Positions 8,755 to 15,370 of a stretch of 32,000 nt of DNA are shown here, piece by piece (positions within the stretch are counted from its first letter, which is position 1; each line of letters opens with the position of its first letter). The stretch is taken from positions 2,760,001 through 2,792,000 of the forward strand of contig CP091279.1 in assembly GCA_021650915.1 (NCBI GenBank), written 5' to 3'. This DNA comes from Candidatus Brocadia sp. GTDB lineage: Bacteria; Planctomycetota; Brocadiia; Brocadiales; Brocadiaceae. A model generated the notes under the pieces. The model had not been told where the DNA came from and ran no database searches. It saw only the letters and a program-made list of their open reading frames with translations. Both the position numbers and the translations under genes were made by a program.

Positions 8755-9192
8755 ATGCTGTGCTTCATGAGACAAGCAAAAATTCAACTTACCGAGGAAG
8801 AACGAGCAACCTTGAAGTCATTTCGCTCCAAGGGGCAGCACATGACAAGAGAAGTCAATCGTGCGCATATATTATCGGCTTTAGACCAAAATGTGCCTGA
8901 AAAACATATTCTGTCTGTTCTGGGTGTTGGCCGCACTGCCATTTGGCGGACACGCTCTGCATATCTTGAGAAGGGCTTGGATTATGCACTTCACGATGTT
9001 GTCAGACCCGGCCAGCCGGTAAAATACGGAACCAACCAACAAGCCGAAGTCGTAGCTTTGGCATGTAGTGCACCACCGAAGGGTGCCAGGCGCTGGACAA
9101 TCGCCTTGTTGACTGAAGCAATAAGGCAACAGCTAAAACTTAGAAAGATTAGTCGTGAAAGTATCCGTCTCTTTCTAAAAAAACGACTGTAA
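8755..9192 (+). CDS. IS630 transposase, N-terminal HTH part (orfA)
   Basis: MRQAKIQLTEEERATLKSF...ILSVLGVGRTAIWRTRSAYLEKGL is the helix-turn-helix part. It ends ...FLKKRL* at an A7 run. The likely start is the ATG at 8767. Confidence 0.85.
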   Translation: MLCFMRQAKIQLTEEERATLKSFRSKGQHMTREVNRAHILSALDQNVPEKHILSVLGVGRTAIWRTRSAYLEKGLDYALHDVVRPGQPVKYGTNQQAEVVALACSAPPKGARRWTIALLTEAIRQQLKLRKISRESIRLFLKKRL

Positions 9193-9205
9193 GCCGTGGC
9201 GGAAA

Positions 9206-9868
9206 TTGATGTGGTGTATTGGTAAATTGACTGAGGAATACCGCCAAAGGATGTATGATTTGCTGGAACTCTACACGAGGTCTTATTGTGAGGACGAGCC
9301 AGTGATTTGCGTAGACGAGAAGAGTAAGCAGCTTTTGGAACAACCGCGCCTCCCAATTCCTGCCAGTCCGGGCAATCCTGTCAAAGAGGACTGCGAGTAT
9401 AAACGTGCCGGCACCCGTAATATTTTCATGGCAGTTGAACCTAAGGGTGGTTGTAGACAGGTTGAAGTGACAACCCGTCGTACCAAGAGAGATTTTGTCC
9501 AGTTCATCGGCCATTTGGTAAAAAAAGTCTATGTAAGGGCGCTCAAGATTCATCTGGTGTTGGACAATCTTAATACTCATTTTCGCAGTAGTTTTGAAGA
9601 AATATTGGGTGTTGAAGAAGCAACCCAGATGTTGGAACGAGTAGAATTTCATTATACTCCCAAGCATGCCAGTTGGCTTAATATGGCTGAAATTGAAATC
9701 GGCATCATGGATCGGCAGTGTACTGGGTGCCGAATACCAAACGAACAAACCCTTCGGTCGGAAGTCGCTGCGTGGACTGACCGACGCAATCAGGCCAAAT
9801 CAACAATAGATTGGAAGTTTACACGGCAAGATGCTGATCAAAAGCTGTCAAGACACTATGTTTCGTAA
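9206..9868 (+). CDS. IS630 transposase, DDE catalytic part (orfB, +1 frame relative to orfA)
   Basis: The frame opens at the A7 run as KNDCKPWRKLMWCIGKLTEEY.... Catalytic-type motifs are VICVDEKS, LVLDNLNTH and ASWLNMAEIE (DD..E). Confidence 0.85.
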   Translation: MMWCIGKLTEEYRQRMYDLLELYTRSYCEDEPVICVDEKSKQLLEQPRLPIPASPGNPVKEDCEYKRAGTRNIFMAVEPKGGCRQVEVTTRRTKRDFVQFIGHLVKKVYVRALKIHLVLDNLNTHFRSSFEEILGVEEATQMLERVEFHYTPKHASWLNMAEIEIGIMDRQCTGCRIPNEQTLRSEVAAWTDRRNQAKSTIDWKFTRQDADQKLSRHYVS

Positions 9869-9887
9869 TTAATTTGTTGTAATACTA

Positions 9888-10442
9888 GATATTTCCCCGT
9901 AAGGATGTTTGTAACCAAGAATTCGGTTAAGTCTCTGCCATAGAACAACTGTTCCGGTCGTTTCCTTAAGTGGTTCACGAATCGCAGGACCAATTCCGTT
10001 GCGTTCAAGAGGAAGAATCTCCCAGCGGTTTGTTTTCTCAATATGAGCCATATCCCAACAGTACGCCGTAATGTCTGCCCTCGCGGGATTGTTCCTGCTC
10101 GCTATGGAAAGCCGCTGGCACTGGCTTAGTGAGGCAGTCTTTAGTCCTAGGCCAAATTTACCCAAGTCCTCCTTTTCATATTCACGTTCAGCCCCATATC
10201 TCATAGCTTCTCTTAACTGAGAAGGCGTCATCCCTTTTCCATTATCAGCTATCAGCAATTCGAACCCATGAGTCATCGCCATCAAATTCCACGTCTATCG
10301 CAACAAGCGACGCGCCGGCTTCTATTGAGTTATCAACAAGGTCTGCAACTGCTGATGCGAAGTCATAACCCATATCACGAAGTGATTTTATAAGACGTCG
10401 CGCGGATGGGATGACTTCATTTCCGTTAGCGTTTTGTGGCAT
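9888..10442 (-). pseudogene. GHKL (HATPase_c_3 / MORC-like) ATPase N-terminal segment, frameshifted and truncated by IS630
   Basis: Bergerat-fold motifs are DLVDNSIEAGA, DNGKGM (restored by removing a 7-bp duplication) and GKFGLGLKTAS. The ORF runs into the IS630 right end and terminates 6 codons inside it. Confidence 0.85.
10243..10256 (-). repeat. 7-bp tandem duplication frameshifting the ATPase
   Basis: The + strand reads TATCAGC|TATCAGC. Removing one copy fuses ...FDGDDSWVRIA to DNGKGMTPSQL... Confidence 0.75.
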
Positions 10443-10466
10443 GTTTATTATCCCCGTAGCAAATTT

Positions 10467-11864
10467 TCATTTGAGATATCTGACAAGTTTTCTGGCAATT
10501 TTTTCCACCATAAGGGGAGGCACGGCATTTCCAATTTGTTTAAAAGCAGCGGTTCTGTTTTGTCCTTCTTTTATGCCCTCAAAATAATAATCATCAGGGA
10601 ATGACTGGAGCCTGGCAGCTTCCCGAACTGAGATTGAACGATTTTGTTCTATATCAGGATGTATGTAATAGTGTCCGTCTTTGGCAATATGTGCTACAAC
10701 TGTTTGTGAATACGGCATGTTATCAGCTACAACCTTAAATCTGTCAAGGAAAGCATCCCTGTTTTCATGAGTTTTAAGTGTTTCAGGAAGGTCATTATAG
10801 TTGAGCCTTTCCCTTTCCCTTTCTCTTTCCCATTTTTCAACTACAATTCTGTAAATTTCCTTATCCTGTTCTGTGTGTGGCCTTGTGACGTGCTGTGTCA
10901 GGACATCAATACCATTTCGTAACACTTTAGCTTTTTGAAAAACTCTCAATTTTATACCATATTTTGTTAAAAAACCGAATTATTAGGGCGATTTTTGGCC
11001 CTTTTTAAGCGATATTTCGACATTTTTTGGCAGTTTTTCAAAAAGCTAAATTGATACACCATTTCTTATTTTTGTGAAATACAGATAATCGTTAATTTCT
11101 GCGGTATAGGTAAGATATTTGTCTCTGCCTCCTCCTGCAAGTAATTTTGGCAAATCTTTGAAAATTGATTCTACTTTATATTCGAAGATGCATTGGTCAG
11201 TCAGATTGTCAATAGGAGGATTCAAGCCTTTCTTCCATCCTATGATTATTATCCTCCTCCTATTCTGAAGTACTCCGAATTCATTCGCGTTTATCTTCAA
11301 TGGTTCAACAACATATCCAAGACGTCTGAAATATGCCTGGATATTCTTGAAATGCTTCCCTTTTTCCGCTGATAATAAACCGATCACATTTTCAAAAACA
11401 AACATCTTTGGATTATACTTCTTCAGAAACCTTCCATACTGGACGTATAGATAATTTCTTGTGTCCTCCTGCATTCCATTCTTGTCACGCGCCCTGCCGA
11501 CCAGGGAATATGCCTGGCATGGAGGTCCACCCGCTATAATATCAATATTTTTTTTACCATTCAGTCTTTCTATTATCTGGAAGATATTAGGGTTATTTTC
11601 GTTACCGATTGACAGATTGATTACAGATTCCAGAATATGGGAGGGAACGGCAGAATAAAGCTGATCTCTGCCAATTTCTCCTTTAAGGTATTTGATGTAA
11701 ATATCTAATTTGTTATTTTCTCTGAGATAATAATAGGAAAGCCTTGTTTTTAAAGTAAAACACGCAGCGGGATCTGCCTCAATAAATGCAATGGGCTCAA
11801 AACCGGCCCTTTTAAAACCTTCTGCAAAACCGCCTGCCCCTGCAAATAAATCAATAAATCTCAT
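10467..11864 (-). pseudogene. dcm: DNA (cytosine-5)-methyltransferase, split by a MITE
   Basis: The N-terminal part has motif I (DLFAGAGGF), motif IV (GGPPCQAYS) and ENV. The C-terminal part has RSISVREAARLQSFPDDY and GNAVPP. Precise removal of 10919..11057 plus one TSD gives ...YLYFTKIRNGIDVLTQHVTRPH... in frame (about 416 aa). Confidence 0.9.
10919..11057. mobile_element. 139-bp non-autonomous element (MITE) inserted in dcm
   Basis: The 26-bp terminal inverted repeats are GTAACACTTTAGCTTTTTGAAAAACT and, reverse-complemented, GTATCAATTTAGCTTTTTGAAAAACT (24/26). The 8-bp target-site duplication ACCATTTC is at 10911..10918 and 11058..11065. It has no coding capacity. Confidence 0.85.
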
Positions 11865-12277
11865 TTTGTTAATCTCGCTGCTAACTGATTCAGGGTTTTT
11901 TCCCTATTCCCAGTTCTTAATTTGCACTCAAACACCGTTAAGATTTTCCAACCCAGTTTTTTAAACTTCCTGAAGTTCTCGGCATCAAGCTGCTTATTCC
12001 GGCTAATCTTTTCAAGCCACCATTTTGTCCGTGTTTTTGGCACTACAAAATATTTGCAGCCCTCATGTCCATGCCAGAAACAGCCGTGAACAAATATAAC
12101 TGTTTTATATTTTGGAAAAACAAGGTCTGGCTTACCAGGCAACATTTTATCATGGAGTTTATACCTAAATCCATTTCCAAAAAGAAATTTTCTGACGATA
12201 ATTTCAGGTTTTGTGTTCCTGCTCCGGATCATGGACATGTTATAACTTCTGGTTTTCTTATTGTGAACGTCTGCCAT
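11861..12277 (-). CDS. vsr: very short patch repair endonuclease
   Basis: The 138-aa ORF reads ...RSRNTKPEIIVRKFLFGNGFRYKL...VIFVHGCFWHGH..., which is the Vsr signature. Its stop overlaps the dcm start by 4 nt (ATGA). Confidence 0.9.
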   Translation of the reverse strand: MADVHNKKTRSYNMSMIRSRNTKPEIIVRKFLFGNGFRYKLHDKMLPGKPDLVFPKYKTVIFVHGCFWHGHEGCKYFVVPKTRTKWWLEKISRNKQLDAENFRKFKKLGWKILTVFECKLRTGNREKTLNQLAARLTK

Positions 12278-12293
12278 GAAGTTTTATCAGCAA

Positions 12294-12650
12294 TTAATAA
12301 ACCCTGACCGCATAGTCTTCAATAATGACAAGATGTTTTTCTGACAATTTATCGTTATATTTATCAAGAAACCGGTTTAATGATTTAAGCAAATACTCTG
12401 TTTTCGTTAAGGTAAGTTTTGTCAAGATTACACCAGCGACATTAGAGTTATTAATTTTTTTGATGTTCTGAAAATCTGCATCGCGTGTGATAATCCACAT
12501 CTTGTTTTTCTCTGCAAATTCATATACTTCACCATTTTTAATCCCACCCTTATCAATCTTTTTCAAATGCATGACAGTAAAACCTTTGCTTTCAAGTAAG
12601 TTAATCAGTGCATATGGTATATTCTCGTCGAGCAGAAATTGTATGCTCAT
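12294..12650 (-). CDS. DUF5615-type (PIN/Mut7-C-like) putative toxin
   Basis: MSIQFLLDENIPYALINLLESKGF...ITRDADFQNI matches the DUF5615 pattern. It overlaps the upstream DUF433 gene by 4 nt. Confidence 0.7.
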   Translation of the reverse strand: MSIQFLLDENIPYALINLLESKGFTVMHLKKIDKGGIKNGEVYEFAEKNKMWIITRDADFQNIKKINNSNVAGVILTKLTLTKTEYLLKSLNRFLDKYNDKLSEKHLVIIEDYAVRVY

Positions 12651-12889
12651 ATAGCATACGCCTCATATTCGCACAGTTTCGCTGCGTAATGAACAGCCGC
12701 TTTGACATCGTCTTGGGTAAGTGATGGATAATCTTGTATGATATTTTCTATACCTTCTCTCTCGGCTATAAGAGATACTATCAGATAAACAGGTATCCGC
12801 GTTCCCTTAATACATGGTTTGCCATGACAAATATTAGGATCAGATGAAATCCTCTGCAAAATTTCTTTTTCTTCCATGTTTTCCTCCAT
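12647..12889 (-). CDS. DUF433-type putative antitoxin
   Basis: ISSDPNICHGKPCIKGTRIPVYLIVSLIA...YPSLTQDDVKAAVHYA is the DUF433 signature. Confidence 0.7.
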   Translation of the reverse strand: MEENMEEKEILQRISSDPNICHGKPCIKGTRIPVYLIVSLIAEREGIENIIQDYPSLTQDDVKAAVHYAAKLCEYEAYAI

Positions 12890-12894
12890 AAATC

Positions 12895-13012
12895 ATAATT
12901 TTGTAAGGTAACAATCCATTCCCAAATTTGAATTTTCTGACCATGATTTCCGATTTCCCACCTTCAAACCGGGCATCGTAAAACCTGCAGGAAGAGCATT
13001 GCTCCTGCTTAC
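12895..13012 (-). pseudogene. relic of the 5' end of a second vsr gene
   Basis: The minus strand encodes ...GKSEIMVRKFKFGNGLLPYKI, compared with intact Vsr TKPEIIVRKFLFGNGFRYKL. Nucleotide identity is about 70 percent over about 60 nt. Homology stops about 5 nt upstream of the DUF433 ATG. The upstream part contains stops or frameshifts. Confidence 0.6.
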
Positions 13013-13024
13013 TGCATTAACGTG

Positions 13025-13429
13025 TCACCGCTGATGAGTCTTGATAAATTCCCGATACGATTCTATCACCGGTATGTCTGCTTCTGCCCAATCGAGCGTA
13101 GGGAGTTCCTGGGGAGTCAACCAGGCAAGCGCTACGTGTTCATGAAGTGTGATTTCACCGGAGATTATCTTACAAACGAATGGATGAAGCGTAACGGAAA
13201 ATGTTGGATAGTTATGGGTTGCCGGCAGAAGAGGATGGCCAACGGCGGCTTCTATGCCTAATTCTTCCTGCAATTCGCGCTTGAGACATTCTGGAAAACT
13301 TTCCCCGTTATGAATCTTGCCACCAGGAAATTCCCATTTGAGCGGCAAACTCATCGATTTGCTCCGCTGTGTTGCAAGTACTTTTCCTTCCCTCTCAATA
13401 ATGGCACAGGCGACATGAATAGGGTTCAT
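13025..13429 (-). CDS. mutT: NUDIX hydrolase, MutT-type (8-oxo-dGTP diphosphatase-like)
   Basis: The Nudix box is GGKIHNGESFPECLKRELQEELGI, within a 134-aa ORF. Confidence 0.85.
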   Translation of the reverse strand: MNPIHVACAIIEREGKVLATQRSKSMSLPLKWEFPGGKIHNGESFPECLKRELQEELGIEAAVGHPLLPATHNYPTFSVTLHPFVCKIISGEITLHEHVALAWLTPQELPTLDWAEADIPVIESYREFIKTHQR

Positions 13430-13490
13430 GAAAAAGTTAAACCTGTTGAATCTGGGGGGGGTATAAAAATCAAAATTCCTGCAAAGTACG

Positions 13491-14390
13491 TTACTTGTAT
13501 CCCAATTTATGGAGCTTGCCTTTGTCTTTCCGCCATTTTTCCATGACCTTGACCCAAAGTTCCAGGTACACCTTTCTGCCTATCTGTTTTTCTATCTCTT
13601 CTCTGGCAATAACGCCGACTCGTTTGATTGCCTTGCCATGATCACCGATGATAATGCCCTTTTGCGAGTCGCGTTCTACATAAATAACAGCCTTGATGAA
13701 GTCCTTCCCCGCCTCCCGTTCCTTAAACTCCATGATTTCAACGCTAGTGGAATACGGTATCTCCTCTCCGTAAAATTCAAAGACCTTCTCACGGATGATT
13801 TCGGCGGCAAGGAATCTTTCGTTGTAGTCGGTCATGTAATCCTCGGGATAGAAAGGCGCTCCCGCCGGTAAATATTTCACGATGAGTGTGAGCATCAGGT
13901 CGAGGTTGATTCCCTTTAAGGCAGAAATCGGAACGATCTCGGCAAATTTACCTTGAGTACTATATGTGGAAATAATGGGTATCAGGCTGTCCTTTTCCAC
14001 CAAATCTATCTTATTAATGGCCAAAATTGTCGGGATATGAAGGCGTGATACCTTTCTCAGCAAATCCCGGTCTTTTTCGTCAGGCGGTTTCAAAGACTCT
14101 GCCATCAACAAGATCACATCTGCGTCTTCTAAGGCCTCATAAGCCTTTTTTATCATATAGTTTTGCAACTCATATTTCGGTTCCATAATGCCTGGTGTAT
14201 CATAGAAGACGATCTGGTAATCTTCTTTCGTTAATACACCCATAATCTTTTGTCGTGTTGTCTGCGGCTTGGGAGTAACGATGGATAATTTACAGCCCAT
14301 AAAATCATTGATCAGGGTCGATTTCCCTACATTTGGCTTGCCTACAATAGCTACATAGCCTGCCTTAAAGGTCTCTTTCTCTGGTTGCAT
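13491..14390 (-). CDS. era: GTPase Era
   Basis: G1 is GKPNVGKST, G3 is DTPG and G4 is NKID. A C-terminal KH-domain-like segment ends ...LELWVKV. Length is 299 aa. Confidence 0.95.
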   Translation of the reverse strand: MQPEKETFKAGYVAIVGKPNVGKSTLINDFMGCKLSIVTPKPQTTRQKIMGVLTKEDYQIVFYDTPGIMEPKYELQNYMIKKAYEALEDADVILLMAESLKPPDEKDRDLLRKVSRLHIPTILAINKIDLVEKDSLIPIISTYSTQGKFAEIVPISALKGINLDLMLTLIVKYLPAGAPFYPEDYMTDYNERFLAAEIIREKVFEFYGEEIPYSTSVEIMEFKEREAGKDFIKAVIYVERDSQKGIIIGDHGKAIKRVGVIAREEIEKQIGRKVYLELWVKVMEKWRKDKGKLHKLGYK

Positions 14391-14632
14391 AAAATTTCCC
14401 TTCCAAAATTGCTTGCGCGGGAAGGCTAGTTTCGATTATGATAAAAGTCGAAATTCCAATAGTTGCGGCGCTTTTACAAATTCTAAACGTTACCCTGTAT
14501 TGAATCAAGTGTTTTCATAATGCAACTGTGCATGGTGGGTGCAACAGGAAAAAGAACATGGTGCCTGGCGCAGGCACGCCGCGATAAAATACCACGACAA
14601 AAGAGTGTTTATTAATTTTTGCATTTCCATTC

Positions 14633-14941
14633 ATGAAAAAATCAAAAACCGACAAAGAATCCCTCGTTGTATTGAAAGAAACCGTGGTCACTTTATTAAA
14701 AAATGAAAAGGTAAAAATAATACTTTTCGGTTCCCGTGCAAGGGGTGATAATTATATCTCCTCTGATGTTGACATAGGAATTATACCTGTTGGTCAGTTT
14801 AATGAAAAACCGATTACTCTTCTTAGAGAAAAGATAGATAATTTAAATATCCCCTATAAGGTTGAAATTGTAAATCTGTCGGAAGTTTCCGAAGAATTTA
14901 GAAAAGAGATCATGAAGGACTTTATTGTGTGGAAAGACTAG
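14633..14941 (+). CDS. minimal nucleotidyltransferase (MNT / HI0073-type antitoxin-like)
   Basis: The NTase motif is GSRARGDNYISSDVDIGI, within a 102-aa ORF. Confidence 0.8.
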   Translation: MKKSKTDKESLVVLKETVVTLLKNEKVKIILFGSRARGDNYISSDVDIGIIPVGQFNEKPITLLREKIDNLNIPYKVEIVNLSEVSEEFRKEIMKDFIVWKD

Positions 14942-15321
14942 CGCTAAGATATAAAGACGCCTTACGTACCTCATATACACTTGGCGAAATTTTACAACAA
15001 CCATTTTCTGTTATTGTAAGAGACGCTACGATACAACGTTTCGAATATACGTTTGAAGCGTTATGGAAATTTTTAAAAGAATATCTCAAAGAAAGAGAAG
15101 GAATTATAGCAAACTCACCAAAGGCATGTTTCAGAGAGATATTTTCGTTGGGCGTTATCTGTGAAGAAGAAACGGTTCAATTTCTTGAAATGACTGACCG
15201 GAGAAATGATACGTCACACACCTATAAGGAAGAAGTTGCTCAGATTATTTATGATAAAACGCAAAAATATTTCTTGCTCATGGAGGGTTTATTAAAAAAA
15301 TTTAGGGATAAAATTACATAA
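14929..15321 (+). CDS. HEPN-domain protein, HI0074-family nucleotidyltransferase substrate-binding protein
   Basis: IQRFEYTFEALWKFLKEYL...RRNDTSHTY contains the HEPN Rx4H motif. A GTG start overlaps the MNT gene by 13 nt. Confidence 0.8.
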   Translation: MERLALRYKDALRTSYTLGEILQQPFSVIVRDATIQRFEYTFEALWKFLKEYLKEREGIIANSPKACFREIFSLGVICEEETVQFLEMTDRRNDTSHTYKEEVAQIIYDKTQKYFLLMEGLLKKFRDKIT

Positions 15322-15370
15322 TTTTTTATCTATGAGAATTTGCAAATTAACGTGAAAAGGATTTCTGGAG

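Larger units (their letters stand above)
8726..9885 (+). mobile_element. IS630-family insertion sequence (1160 bp)
   Basis: TA target duplication is present at 8724..8725 and 9886..9887. The terminal inverted repeats are GTGTGTTGACAAATTAATTAC and, reverse-complemented, GTATTACAACAAATTAATTAC. It has the two-ORF HTH + DDE_3-type transposase layout. TTGACA-17-TATGCT promoter-like hexamers sit inside the left end. Confidence 0.9.

Noticed and set aside
10806-10831. CCCTTT-type hexanucleotide repeat (encodes ERERERER in Dcm) as a possible phase-variation tract
   Set aside because: The repeat unit is a multiple of three and imperfect, so copy-number change would not shift the frame. It lies in the variable region between conserved methyltransferase motifs.
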